A DNA stretch of 64,000 nucleotides from an uncultured Alphaproteobacteria bacterium (GCA_944392835.1 CALXYB010000002.1:95917-159916), one strand, 5' to 3'. Numbered from the stretch's first letter, positions 10,079 through 19,781 are shown. The notes: generated by a model not told the origin, from the letters alone. A program made the numbers and translations.

Positions 10079-11452
10079 TTAATTAAACCAATTTATAAGA
10101 CGTTGAACATTGCCGATTTCGTGAATCTGCATTTCGTGGTTGTTGAGTTTTTTGTCTTTCTTGTAGGTTGCCGGCATAATGGCATTAGCAAAGCCCAGTT
10201 TATGTGCTTCTTTCAGGCGCGAATTGGGCTGGCTCACAGCTCTAATTTCGCCCGAAAGCCCGATTTCACCGAAGATTACAGTATCTGAGGGTAATGGCTT
10301 GTTCGTCATTGATGATATGACAGCCATAGCAACCGCCAAATCAGCCGCCGGCTCAGAAATTTTTAAACCGCCGGCAATATTCAAATAAATGTCCTGAGAG
10401 CTTAAGTTCATTCCGCAACGGGCTTCCAGAACAGCCAAAACCATTGCCAAACGGTTGGAATCCCAGCCAACGACAGCGCGCTTGGGGCTGGCATAGCTCG
10501 TTGGGCTTACCAAAGCTTGAATCTCTACCAAAACCGGTCTGGAACCTTCTATTCCGGCAAAAACGCAAGAGCCAGATATATTGCCTTGTCTTTCCGCCAA
10601 AAACAAAGCTGATGGGTTTTCAACCTCTACCAGACCTTTGTCCTGCATTTCAAAAACGCCGATTTCATCCGTTGCACCGTAGCGGTTTTTTACCGCGCGC
10701 AAAATACGGAAATGGTGCCCTCTCTCGCCCTCAAAATACAAGACCGTATCTACCATATGTTCTAAAACGCGCGGACCTGCTATAGCTCCCTGTTTGGTAA
10801 CATGACCAACCAGAAAGAGCACAAAGCCTTTTTTCTTGGCCAGCTTAATAAGCTCATAAGCGCAAGCACGAACTTGAGCCACACTGCCCGGAGTTGATTC
10901 AACTTCTTCCAGATACATGGTTTGAATTGAGTCTATGATGACAACGGCGGCATCTGACTTATTCAGTGTTTCAATTATGTCTTTGACATCCGTTGTTGAA
11001 GCCAGCTTGACCGGAGATTGTTCCAAGCCTAATCTTTTGGCACGAATCCGCACTTGGTCTATGGCCTCTTCTCCTGAAATATAATAACATTCGGGATGTG
11101 TCGGCGCATTGGCTATACTGGCACAAACTTGCAACAATAAAGTGGATTTGCCGATACCCGGATCACCGCCGACCAAAATGGCTGAGCCCGGAACTAAGCC
11201 GCCGCCTGAAACGCGGTCTAATTCTTTTATTCCCGTGGGAATCCGGCTCAAGGCGGTTTCTTCGCCGCTTAGGGCAACAAATTCAAGCAACTTCCCCTTC
11301 TTTTTGGCCGGAAGATTGGAAAAACCATCACCGCCGACTTTTTCTTCAACAATGGTGTTCCATTCGCCGCAAGCATCACACTTGCCCTGCCATTTGGGAT
11401 ACATACTGCCGCAATTTTGGCAGACAAATTCGCTTCCGCCTTTCTTGGCCAT
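10079..11452 (-). CDS. radA: DNA repair protein RadA/Sms
   Basis: N-terminal C4 zinc finger, RecA-like Walker A (GDPGIGKST), KNRFG motif and Lon-like C-terminus. Confidence 0.93.
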   Translation of the reverse strand: MAKKGGSEFVCQNCGSMYPKWQGKCDACGEWNTIVEEKVGGDGFSNLPAKKKGKLLEFVALSGEETALSRIPTGIKELDRVSGGGLVPGSAILVGGDPGIGKSTLLLQVCASIANAPTHPECYYISGEEAIDQVRIRAKRLGLEQSPVKLASTTDVKDIIETLNKSDAAVVIIDSIQTMYLEEVESTPGSVAQVRACAYELIKLAKKKGFVLFLVGHVTKQGAIAGPRVLEHMVDTVLYFEGERGHHFRILRAVKNRYGATDEIGVFEMQDKGLVEVENPSALFLAERQGNISGSCVFAGIEGSRPVLVEIQALVSPTSYASPKRAVVGWDSNRLAMVLAVLEARCGMNLSSQDIYLNIAGGLKISEPAADLAVAMAVISSMTNKPLPSDTVIFGEIGLSGEIRAVSQPNSRLKEAHKLGFANAIMPATYKKDKKLNNHEMQIHEIGNVQRLINWFN

Positions 11453-11453
11453 T

Positions 11454-12218
11454 TTAGACCTCCACTTTTATCGGACCTTGAGAACAACCGTTGATAAACT
11501 GGCAAACATACGGATTATCGGTCTTTTCCATCTCTTTGACCGTGCCGCACCAGATGATTTTGCCTTTGTAGAGCATCGCTATTCTGTCAGCAATTTTGCG
11601 AGCCGAAGCCATATCATGCGTAATGGTCAAAGCCGTTGCCCCCAAGCCGCGGGCTGATTCAATAATCAGGTCATTGATGACATCGGCCATAATCGGATCC
11701 AGACCTGTTGTCGGCTCATCAAAAAAGATTATTTCCGGCTTGGTAGCTATCGCTCTTGCCAAGCTAACGCGTTTTTGCATACCACCCGAAAGTTCGCTCG
11801 GCGACAAGTCTGCGACATCAGGTGCCAAACCAACTTGGCGCAAAACCCGAATAGCCTCGTTCTTGGCGTCTTTGCGGTTCCATTTCTGGTTTTCAATCAA
11901 GCCGAAGGCCACATTTTCCCAAACGCTTAAGCTATCAAACAAGGCTCCGCCCTGAAACAACATTCCCATTTTGGCATGCATGGCATCGCGGATATCATCT
12001 TCTGCATTATTGATTTCTATCCCGTCAACCTTGATGGAGCCGCTATCGGGATTTAGCAAGCCCTGAATACATTTAATCAAAACGGATTTTCCCGTTCCGG
12101 AGCCACCGATAACAACCAGAGATTCACCTTTTTTTATCTCTAAATCAACACCGTCCAAAACAACTTTTTTTCCAAAAGCTTTGTGCAGATTTTTGACTTG
12201 TATTTTATATTCACTCAT
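11454..12218 (-). CDS. ABC transporter ATP-binding protein, MlaF/Ttg2A family
   Basis: Walker A (GGSGTGKS) and the LSGGMQKR signature. Probable start is MSEYK; the longer tool ORF overlaps the permease gene. Confidence 0.85.
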   Translation of the reverse strand: MSEYKIQVKNLHKAFGKKVVLDGVDLEIKKGESLVVIGGSGTGKSVLIKCIQGLLNPDSGSIKVDGIEINNAEDDIRDAMHAKMGMLFQGGALFDSLSVWENVAFGLIENQKWNRKDAKNEAIRVLRQVGLAPDVADLSPSELSGGMQKRVSLARAIATKPEIIFFDEPTTGLDPIMADVINDLIIESARGLGATALTITHDMASARKIADRIAMLYKGKIIWCGTVKEMEKTDNPYVCQFINGCSQGPIKVEV

Positions 12219-12237
12219 AGATTTTCTCCGCTTAAGC

Positions 12238-13029
12238 TTATTTTGAAAACAGAAGTTCGGTGATGACATAGTTGAAAATCAGAATCAAAATTGATGCCGA
12301 AACAACCGCGTTTGTCGTTGCCTCACCAACGCCTTGTGCGCCGCCGCGTGATTTGTAACCATTGTAGCAGCCCATAATGGCAATGATGAAACCAAAGACG
12401 CAGGCTTTGACAACACCGGTGATGATATCCAAACTCTCCAAACCGTTGATGGTGGAGTTGATGTAGTTGGCAGGGTTGAAGCCCAACTTGTAAACCGCAA
12501 CAATAAAGCCGCCAAAGATACCAATGACATCACCAATCAAAACCAACAAAGGCAATACAAAGATGCTGGCTAAGACGCGCGGCGCAACCAGATATTTGAA
12601 TGGGTTGGTTGAAAGGGTTACCAAAGCATCAATTTGCTCCGTTACACGCATCGTACCAATCTCGGCAGCCATTGCCGCACCGATACGCCCTGCTACCATT
12701 AAGCCGGAAAAAACCGGCGCAAGCTCTCGCGTTACGGAAATCAGAACAACGGAAGCAACAGCACTTTCTGCACCATAGCTGGAGAAACCAGAATAGGTCT
12801 GCAAAGCAATTACCATACCGGCAAAAATCGTGGTCAGAGCCACAACCGGCAAAGAATAAAAGCCGATGTCTATCATCTGCTTACCAAGCAATTTGATATA
12901 AAACGGCGGGGTTACGCTATGATATACGGATTTGGCGATAAAAATTGAAAGCTCACCCAAACCGGCGATAAAACGAACCAAGGGTTTGCCAAGCTTTCGG
13001 AAAAAGTTTTCAATATAATTTCCTGCCAT
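12238..13029 (-). CDS. ABC transporter permease, MlaE/Ttg2B family
   Basis: 263 aa polytopic permease of MlaE length and topology, directly upstream of the ATPase gene. Confidence 0.8.
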   Translation of the reverse strand: MAGNYIENFFRKLGKPLVRFIAGLGELSIFIAKSVYHSVTPPFYIKLLGKQMIDIGFYSLPVVALTTIFAGMVIALQTYSGFSSYGAESAVASVVLISVTRELAPVFSGLMVAGRIGAAMAAEIGTMRVTEQIDALVTLSTNPFKYLVAPRVLASIFVLPLLVLIGDVIGIFGGFIVAVYKLGFNPANYINSTINGLESLDIITGVVKACVFGFIIAIMGCYNGYKSRGGAQGVGEATTNAVVSASILILIFNYVITELLFSK

Positions 13030-13092
13030 GGATTTTTTCTTTCGTTTAATTAAAGTCTTTAATTGGCGCTTATTTTAGGCTAAGAGGCCTAA

Positions 13093-13515
13093 TTAATCAA
13101 GCAAACTATCCATTTTTATAACAATCTTCTCGGAAGCAGAAGCTTCAAATGCATTGAGCTTGATTGCGGGAAGCTTAATGCCTTCTATCTCAACAAAGCT
13201 TTCTTGAGGCAAGCGCTCTATCTCTTTTGAATTTGTTGTCAACTCAACCCATAAAGCCGCCTTGCCTTCTTGGTCAAAAGGCACTTTCTGAATGCCTATA
13301 CCCCTCACCTCCAGCAGCCCTTTTATATTTTCGGGAGCAGATAGTTTTAAGATGCCGTCTTTTGCCTCAACATCTGTTCTGTCGTCGGCAATCAGCCTTG
13401 CACCATAGCGCATTATCAGCCTTAAAGCTAAATCTGACTTGCCGCTCCCGGACTTTCCGGTCAGCAAAACAGCCTTGCCTTTGTAGTTGAGCGAAGTGGC
13501 ATAAATATTTTGCAT
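13093..13515 (-). CDS. hprK: HPr kinase/phosphorylase C-terminal-domain-only protein (alphaproteobacterial HprK)
   Basis: 140 aa with P-loop GKSGSGKSDLAL and the LEVRGIG motif. Confidence 0.85.
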   Translation of the reverse strand: MQNIYATSLNYKGKAVLLTGKSGSGKSDLALRLIMRYGARLIADDRTDVEAKDGILKLSAPENIKGLLEVRGIGIQKVPFDQEGKAALWVELTTNSKEIERLPQESFVEIEGIKLPAIKLNAFEASASEKIVIKMDSLLD

Positions 13516-13516
13516 T

Positions 13517-13981
13517 TTATAGGCCCAAATCTTGCAATCTCGCCATTTTTTCGGCAGAGGTTGAGCTTATGCTTATCTCTCTTCCTTCCGGATGAGCTGA
13601 TATCTGGATGGAAAAACAATTTTTGGGTAGATAGCCGCCCATTTTTTCAGGCCATTCAACCAAACATACGCCCTCATAAAGCGCTTCTTCCATTCCCAGC
13701 TCAAAAATCTCATCCGGAGATTTTAGGCGATATAAGTCAAAGTGGTATATCTCAAAATTCGGAGCATCATAACTCTGGACCAAAGTAAAGGTCGGGCTGG
13801 GTACTTCTTCCGCTTTGGTTAGGCTTTGAATAAAACCTCTGGCAAAAACGCTTTTTCCCATACCCAAAGTGCCATAAAGTGCAAAGGTATCTCCGGCTTT
13901 AACCCTTTGCGCCAAAAGGGCAGCAAATTTGGCTGTTTCTTCTTCATTGCGGCAAATGCGTGTGATTTTTTCCATAAGCAC
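13517..13981 (-). CDS. tsaE: tRNA threonylcarbamoyladenosine biosynthesis protein TsaE
   Basis: P-loop GTLGMGKS in a roughly 150 aa YjeE-family protein. Confidence 0.88.
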   Translation of the reverse strand: MLMEKITRICRNEEETAKFAALLAQRVKAGDTFALYGTLGMGKSVFARGFIQSLTKAEEVPSPTFTLVQSYDAPNFEIYHFDLYRLKSPDEIFELGMEEALYEGVCLVEWPEKMGGYLPKNCFSIQISAHPEGREISISSTSAEKMARLQDLGL

Positions 13982-13983
13982 TC

Positions 13984-14973
13984 CTAGAGGTCAAGAATGC
14001 CTTTCCGCTTTGTTTTGGGTTTTATGACCTTGATTTTGGGTTTTTTACCCTGCATCTCGCGCCAATCCCAAGGCATATAAAAGCGACCTTGCCACAAGCC
14101 CCTTTTGTTGGCTTGCGCCTGACGCTCATAAGGAACATAAATATCCGTATATTTACGGTAAGCAACTGCCCAACCTGCGTTTACCAAAGCGGCTCCTAAG
14201 TCATACTGTCCCAAAGCACATGTTCCAACCATATTGCCTTTGGAATCTTGTTGCATGACACGACACTCAAGCTCATTGGACGTAATCCAATTTTTGAGCC
14301 ACATTGCAGCTTCTCTGCCACAATTATACGAGCGTCCTTGATTGTCGGCGCAGGTTTGATTGGCTTCCGGCGCGTCTATGCCATAGAGCTTGAAATATCT
14401 TCCCTGAAGCTCCAACGTATCGGCATTGATTACGCGCGCCGAGCTATAAATTGCAGGAAAATTGTTGGGGTTAAAAGCAGGGGCTGCTTGTTGTTGCTGT
14501 CCGCCGCCAAAAGAACTCATAAACTGTTGGAAAGCATTTTGTTTTTGCGGTGCTTGCGCTTGTGGCTCCGGTCTTGCCTGAGAACCAATCTCCGATGAAA
14601 AGTTTTCATCTAAAGAAGGTGTGTAAGTTTCTTCCATCATTATTACACTACCATTTTGCGGTGCTTGCTGGGCGTTGCCTTGCATACCTAAAAAACTGCG
14701 CAGAGATTGTCCAACGCCGCCAATGCCGTTATTAAAACCGCCAATAGCATAAACAATAAAAGCTAATATGGAGCCCACAACCAGAAAAGACGGCAAACAT
14801 CCCATTGCGCGCCAAGCCATTTTTCCGAAAATATAAAGCACGACCAAGCCGATTATCAGTCCGATAAAGCCGCTGCCTTGCAGTAACAAGCTACTGCTTT
14901 GTGTTCCGCTACCGCCAATAAATATCAAAATTAAGGCTCCGAGACCCAAAAGCGCTTTTTTCAGAAAAACCAT
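13984..14973 (-). CDS. Membrane-anchored thermonuclease (SNase)-like protein with Q/P-rich linker
   Basis: Three N-terminal TM helices, a low-complexity Q/P/A linker, an SNase-like C-terminal domain (TLELQGRYFKLYGIDAPE ... GLWQG) and a basic tail. Confidence 0.65.
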   Translation of the reverse strand: MVFLKKALLGLGALILIFIGGSGTQSSSLLLQGSGFIGLIIGLVVLYIFGKMAWRAMGCLPSFLVVGSILAFIVYAIGGFNNGIGGVGQSLRSFLGMQGNAQQAPQNGSVIMMEETYTPSLDENFSSEIGSQARPEPQAQAPQKQNAFQQFMSSFGGGQQQQAAPAFNPNNFPAIYSSARVINADTLELQGRYFKLYGIDAPEANQTCADNQGRSYNCGREAAMWLKNWITSNELECRVMQQDSKGNMVGTCALGQYDLGAALVNAGWAVAYRKYTDIYVPYERQAQANKRGLWQGRFYMPWDWREMQGKKPKIKVIKPKTKRKGILDL

Positions 14974-15094
14974 GACGTATCTTTCCTCTTGTTGTTTTGT
15001 TTTATTAGAACACAGGATTTTAAAATTTCCAAGATTTTTTTGTCGTGCTCTTTTTCTGAGATTTTATCCATAAGCCCTTAACAAGGAGTAAAGA

Positions 15095-15124
15095 TAAAAA
15101 AAGAAACTCCCTTTTGGGAGCTTC
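15095..15124 (-). terminator. Rho-independent terminator downstream of parB
   Basis: Stem gaaactccc/gggagcttc with T-runs on both strands. Confidence 0.55.
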
Positions 15125-15132
15125 TTTTTGAC

Positions 15133-16158
15133 TTAATCAATTATCTTCATCGTAAATTTTTCATTTGTCGGTGCAGGAGCTTCGCTTTGCGGGGTCGGTA
15201 TCATACCGGTTTTGCGTTTTTGCTCCAAGATATCAATAATCATATCAAGTTCTGCTGCTGAGGCATATTGCAAAACAACCTTACCCCCGCCTTGTTTGCT
15301 TGGCGAAATTTTGATACGGAGACCAAGATTTTTATTCAAATCTTTTTCTATCTCCACAATATCTTCATCTTTTGCCTTTTTGGGTTCTTTGGGCTCGGGA
15401 TTTTTTTGCTTGGCAACGAGCTCCTCAACCTGACGGACATTTAAATCTTTTGCAATTATCTGTTTTGCCAAGGCTTCTGCATTTTCCAGACCAACCAAGG
15501 CTCTGGCATGTCCGGCAGATAATTTACCCTCACGCACCATTACTTTTACCGAATCGGGCAGGGATAATAAGCGCAAAGTATTGGCAACATGACTGCGTGA
15601 TTTTCCGACAATTTGTGCCAAAGCTTCCTGCGTGTGCGAAAACTCATCTATCAAACGCTGAAAGCCCTCGGCTTCTTCTATGGCAGATAAATTCTCGCGC
15701 AAGAGGTTTTCAACCAAAGCGACTTCCAAGACCTCTTTGTCGTCCATCTCTTTGACAATCACGGGAACAGACTTTAGTCCGGCAAGTTTGGAGGCACGCC
15801 AACGACGCTCTCCGGCAATAATCTCATATTTATCACCTTTGCGACGAACCAGCAAAGGCTGCAAAACGCCTTTTTCCTTGATTGATTCAACCAAAGCATT
15901 AAGCGCTTCTTCATCAAAATCCTTGCGCGGTTGAAAAGGGCTCGGATAAAGAGAATCTATGGCAACAGTATCATCAGCTGGTTGAACGGTTTGGGTCGGT
16001 GTATCATTTAAGGCCTCATCCAGATTAAATTCGCTATCACCTAACAAAGCTCCCAAGCCACGGCCCAAACTCTTTCTTTTGCCGTTGTGTGATGTTTCTT
16101 CGTGTTTGGGAGTATCGCTCAAAATATCTAAATCATCCAAATTTGAATTTTCTAACAT
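15133..16158 (-). CDS. parB: Chromosome partitioning protein ParB
   Basis: ParB box GERRWRA, an HTH and a C-terminal dimerisation domain. Confidence 0.93.
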   Translation of the reverse strand: MLENSNLDDLDILSDTPKHEETSHNGKRKSLGRGLGALLGDSEFNLDEALNDTPTQTVQPADDTVAIDSLYPSPFQPRKDFDEEALNALVESIKEKGVLQPLLVRRKGDKYEIIAGERRWRASKLAGLKSVPVIVKEMDDKEVLEVALVENLLRENLSAIEEAEGFQRLIDEFSHTQEALAQIVGKSRSHVANTLRLLSLPDSVKVMVREGKLSAGHARALVGLENAEALAKQIIAKDLNVRQVEELVAKQKNPEPKEPKKAKDEDIVEIEKDLNKNLGLRIKISPSKQGGGKVVLQYASAAELDMIIDILEQKRKTGMIPTPQSEAPAPTNEKFTMKIID

Positions 16159-16931
16159 GCCAATAATTCCTTCTCTCTTTTCAAAACTTCGCCGGTTAGG
16201 CTAATATAGGCTTGTGAGCCCGGACATCTGAAATCATAAATCAAAACAGGTTTGCCGTGAGAGGGAGCCTCAGAAACACGCACATTTCTCGGAATGACGG
16301 TTTGGTATACTTTTTTGCCAAAGAAATTTCTGACATCGTCTTCAACCATTTGAGACAAATTGTTACGCTTGTCATACATAGTCAAGACTACACCTTGAAG
16401 CTCTAACTTTGGATTGAAAGCACGTTTAATTTGATTGATGTTGCGAATCAAATCCGTAATACCCTCAAGAGCCAAAAATTCGCATTGCAATGGTACAATG
16501 ACAGCATCTGCGGCAACCAGAGCATTGATGGTTACCAAGCTTAAAGACGGCGGACAATCTATCAAAACATAGTCATAGTTTATGACATCTTTGCCTAAAG
16601 CATTGCGCAAGGCAAATTCTCTGTGTTCTACATCAACCAATTCAACCTCGGCACCGGCAAGGTCCGCGGAAGAGGGCACCAGAGAGAAGTTTGGAATCTC
16701 TGTCCAAACAACGGCTTCGTTAATTCTTTTTTCGCCAAGAAGAACCTCATAAGATGATGCCATTCTGCCGGTTTTGTTGATACCCATTGAAGTTGTGGCA
16801 TTGCCCTGAGGGTCAAGATCAATTACCAAAACTTTTTTTCCGGCAGCAGCCATTGCGGTTGCCACATTAACCGTGGTGGTGGTTTTGCCAACACCGCCTT
16901 TACGATTCGCTATAGCAATAATTCTTGGCAT
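16152..16931 (-). CDS. parA: Chromosome partitioning ATPase ParA
   Basis: Deviant Walker A (KGGVGKTT). Confidence 0.93.
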   Translation of the reverse strand: MPRIIAIANRKGGVGKTTTTVNVATAMAAAGKKVLVIDLDPQGNATTSMGINKTGRMASSYEVLLGEKRINEAVVWTEIPNFSLVPSSADLAGAEVELVDVEHREFALRNALGKDVINYDYVLIDCPPSLSLVTINALVAADAVIVPLQCEFLALEGITDLIRNINQIKRAFNPKLELQGVVLTMYDKRNNLSQMVEDDVRNFFGKKVYQTVIPRNVRVSEAPSHGKPVLIYDFRCPGSQAYISLTGEVLKREKELLAC

Positions 16932-17560
16932 TATTTAACTCCTTTAAGTTTTTTGATTTCGGTTATCAATAAAATTGCGCCTTCATCGCTTTGTTTGCTC
17001 GGCACAGCTTCATAAGTAAAAGTCCAGCTCTTTTGAGCCTCTGCAATTTCTTCTTTGTATTTTTTTCCTTTGGGGAAAATACAAAGCGTTTTTTTTGATG
17101 AAAACTTTGATGCATAAAAAAGCAAATCTTTAAGTGAGCACATTGCTCTTGAGGTTATGACATCAACAGACGGGATTTTGATGTTTTCAATGCGGTCATT
17201 GATGATTTTTACATTGTTTATTCCGGTAAGATTCTTCACCTCATTTAAATACAGTGTTTTCTTAGCAATGCTTTCCACTAAAAAGAAATTTAAATACGGT
17301 GTTTTTTCTGCTGCCATTATTGCCAGCACCATTCCCGGAAAACCAGCCCCAGAGCCGAAATCAACGACATTTCTGGCAGTATCCGGAATATATTTAAACA
17401 GCTGAGCAGAGTCTAAAAAATGTCTGTTCCAAGCATCCTCTAAAGACGCATTGCTGACCAGATTAAACTTTTTTTGCCACTCATGAAGAGAGGCCTCGTA
17501 AGTTTTCAAACGCTCAAATGTTTCACGTGAAACATTGTATGTGTCCATAAATTTTTTCAT
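16931..17560 (-). CDS. rsmG: 16S rRNA m7G527 methyltransferase RsmG (GidB)
   Basis: SAM motif DFGSGAGFPG. It sits in the gidA-gidB-parA-parB cluster. Confidence 0.9.
   Translation of the reverse strand: MKKFMDTYNVSRETFERLKTYEASLHEWQKKFNLVSNASLEDAWNRHFLDSAQLFKYIPDTARNVVDFGSGAGFPGMVLAIMAAEKTPYLNFFLVESIAKKTLYLNEVKNLTGINNVKIINDRIENIKIPSVDVITSRAMCSLKDLLFYASKFSSKKTLCIFPKGKKYKEEIAEAQKSWTFTYEAVPSKQSDEGAILLITEIKKLKGVK
17519..17534. other. parS centromere site (perfect TGTTTCACGTGAAACA palindrome) inside rsmG
   Basis: Exact 16-bp match to the universal chromosomal parS consensus. Confidence 0.85.
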
Positions 17561-17618
17561 AAAATATTTATATATTTTTTCAATTTAATTTAAAACCCCA
17601 TTTATGAAGTTATAAACA

Positions 17619-17662
17619 CAAAAAAAGTCTTTATTTTAAAAAGAATCTTAAAACAAAGACTT
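17619..17662 (-). terminator. Putative rho-independent terminator after the PHP gene
   Basis: Stem aagtcttt/aaagactt followed on the minus strand by T7; the loop is rather long. Confidence 0.45.
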
Positions 17663-17709
17663 AGACAGCGTTATTTGACTCAAAATCTGAAGATTATTTT
17701 ATACAAAAA

Positions 17710-18528
17710 TTACTTCTGAAGCTTCCAGCGATTCGTGTAGTTTAATTCGGTCAGAAGATTCTCAGCTTCAGCGAAGTATCTTCCGAGCAAATCAACAGAG
17801 TGGGCATCATCGTTAATAACAATCGGAACATCTCTTTTGGCCAGCTCTTTCAGCATCCATGTATGCGGATGTTGCTCTCCGGCTTTGGTCCAGCCACTCG
17901 TATTTAACTCAAAGGGGTGTTTGGTCTTATCTAATGCTTCTATGACCATCCATTTATATTCATCCCATTCCGGCTCCAAACCTAACCCGAAAATTTTGAT
18001 AACATCTAAATGCGCGATGAAATCAAAATAACCGCTTTTTATAGATTCTATGACATTCAGCCAATAGTTCTTTATGCCGTCCTTCAAGGTTTCATCATCT
18101 ACTTGAATATTTGACCATTTCATGTGGTAAATATTCTGAACCCAGCTGGCATCATGATTCATTAAGTTATGAGTTGAGCCTATAAGATAATCTACATTGA
18201 GGCGATTCTTCAGTTTTTCAAAATCGCGGCGCCAATCTGCTGATTTGTAATAATCAACCTCAAAACCGACATAAACTTTTATTTTATGCCTTGCTGCGGC
18301 TTCTCTTATCTTATCGGCGGTCTTTAAATACACCGTTTCGGCCTTGGCAAAGTCGTCAAAATTCTGAGATGACCAGCAATATGACCCGGGCTTGCAAATT
18401 AGGTGATTGGATATGCCTAATTCCGTAAATCCGATTGATTCGGCTTTATCCATCATTTCATCAGGAGAATTATGCCCATCGTAGATGCCAAAATTATTTG
18501 TATGCGTGTGATAAGAAAAAGTTTGCAT
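17710..18528 (-). CDS. PHP-domain phosphoesterase (histidinol-phosphatase/YcdX-like)
   Basis: N-terminal H-x-H metal motif (YHTHTNN) and further His/Asp clusters (STHN, IAHLD, DDAHS) typical of PHP. Confidence 0.7.
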   Translation of the reverse strand: MQTFSYHTHTNNFGIYDGHNSPDEMMDKAESIGFTELGISNHLICKPGSYCWSSQNFDDFAKAETVYLKTADKIREAAARHKIKVYVGFEVDYYKSADWRRDFEKLKNRLNVDYLIGSTHNLMNHDASWVQNIYHMKWSNIQVDDETLKDGIKNYWLNVIESIKSGYFDFIAHLDVIKIFGLGLEPEWDEYKWMVIEALDKTKHPFELNTSGWTKAGEQHPHTWMLKELAKRDVPIVINDDAHSVDLLGRYFAEAENLLTELNYTNRWKLQK

Positions 18529-19157
18529 TATTTTAACCCCAAAATTTCATATACATCTTTATGGCACAAATCATCTAATTCTGCTTTCAACCCCATTCCC
18601 GTATTGATTAGTTTTTGAACAAGATCTTGGGGTAATTTATATCTTTGGCCTATGGCTTGAGCTCTTTTTTCAAAGGGTATCATTGACAGACCTTCAAATA
18701 GCCTATCTGTGAACTGAACAATACGATCGTAAACATCGTATTCCCAATTTTTCAATATTTCCCGAGCCTCAAGAATATCTGCTTTGGGGTAAGAAGGATA
18801 ATCGTCTACATCAATATTTTTTCCAGGAAAAGTATGACTTAAACAAGTGCGGGCAGGGCGCTCCCAGCCCATTGACATGAGCTCCTGATAACCAACAAGT
18901 CCGTGAAAATGACCTATTTTCTTCTCATTATATTTTTTCCCATAATCATGCAAAAGACCGCAAATATATGCCGTCTCAGGATTTACCTCTTTTATGTTTG
19001 CAGCAATGGCGCGGGAAGCAAAAGCAATGCCTTGTGTGTGAAAAATATATTCATCCATATAAACGAAATTATCATTTTCTTGTCTATATCTTAATCCATC
19101 CCACCACAGGCGCATCGCCTCACGCATATCAGGACATTTTAGAGAAAGTATTAGCAT
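18528..19157 (-). CDS. HD-domain phosphohydrolase (YqeK-like), paralog 1
   Basis: HD superfamily motifs H..x(n)..HD (IFHTQG ... GLLHDYGK). Confidence 0.7.
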   Translation of the reverse strand: MLILSLKCPDMREAMRLWWDGLRYRQENDNFVYMDEYIFHTQGIAFASRAIAANIKEVNPETAYICGLLHDYGKKYNEKKIGHFHGLVGYQELMSMGWERPARTCLSHTFPGKNIDVDDYPSYPKADILEAREILKNWEYDVYDRIVQFTDRLFEGLSMIPFEKRAQAIGQRYKLPQDLVQKLINTGMGLKAELDDLCHKDVYEILGLK

Positions 19158-19160
19158 AGG

Positions 19161-19778
19161 CTAGTTTACTCCCAATAAGCGATAAATATCGCAACCGCAA
19201 CGCCTATCAAAATAGTTTTTTAATCTTAAAGCCTGGCGATAGCGTTTTTTGATGAGTATTGTAGGGAGTCTATATTTGTCCTTTACATAAGCCATACGTT
19301 CTTTAATCGTACCAAAGCTCATACCGGTTACAAGCAAATCACAAAGCTGAATCAATCGGTCATAGTCGTTATATTCAATTGAGGATAGGATTTTTTTTGT
19401 CTTACGCATTTCTGGATAAGTGTACTCAGTATACTTAAAATCTTTATCAGGAAAAGTGTGGGTTAAACAAACTCTGGCAACTTCATCAAAGCCTAATTTG
19501 TTCATCTCCTTATAGCCGGTCAGGCCATGAAAATATTGTTTGCTATCGGCATCGCATATCATCTTACCATAATCATGCAACAAACCAAATATATAAGCCT
19601 TCTGAACATCCAGATATTGTAATCTTGAGGCAATCATCTCCGCGCAACAAGCAACCAAACAGCAATGGCTCCGATAAGATTTTTCAAAATAAAAAGCAAA
19701 ACGCGGTTGTTCTTCACGCATTTTGACCAAACCATCGTCAAATAAGTCAAGTGCTTGCTTTATGCTCGGACAAGTCAT
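19161..19778 (-). CDS. HD-domain phosphohydrolase (YqeK-like), paralog 2
   Basis: Colinear with paralog 1 (GLLHDYGK, HGLTGY, CLTHTFP). The 4-nt gap to mnmG indicates a tandem duplication in the same operon. Confidence 0.7.
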   Translation of the reverse strand: MTCPSIKQALDLFDDGLVKMREEQPRFAFYFEKSYRSHCCLVACCAEMIASRLQYLDVQKAYIFGLLHDYGKMICDADSKQYFHGLTGYKEMNKLGFDEVARVCLTHTFPDKDFKYTEYTYPEMRKTKKILSSIEYNDYDRLIQLCDLLVTGMSFGTIKERMAYVKDKYRLPTILIKKRYRQALRLKNYFDRRCGCDIYRLLGVN

Positions 19779-19781
19779 TTC

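Noticed and set aside
11109-11657. 182-aa plus-strand ORF
   Set aside because: It is antisense to radA and mlaF, which have strong homology, so it is a spurious shadow ORF. The same reasoning applies to the other 60-200 aa ORFs lying antisense within annotated genes, for example 1099-1380, 1664-2266, 15372-15755, 34889-35437, 35370-36180, 37286-37879, 45203-45688, 48405-49046, 55226-55762 and 57704-58297.
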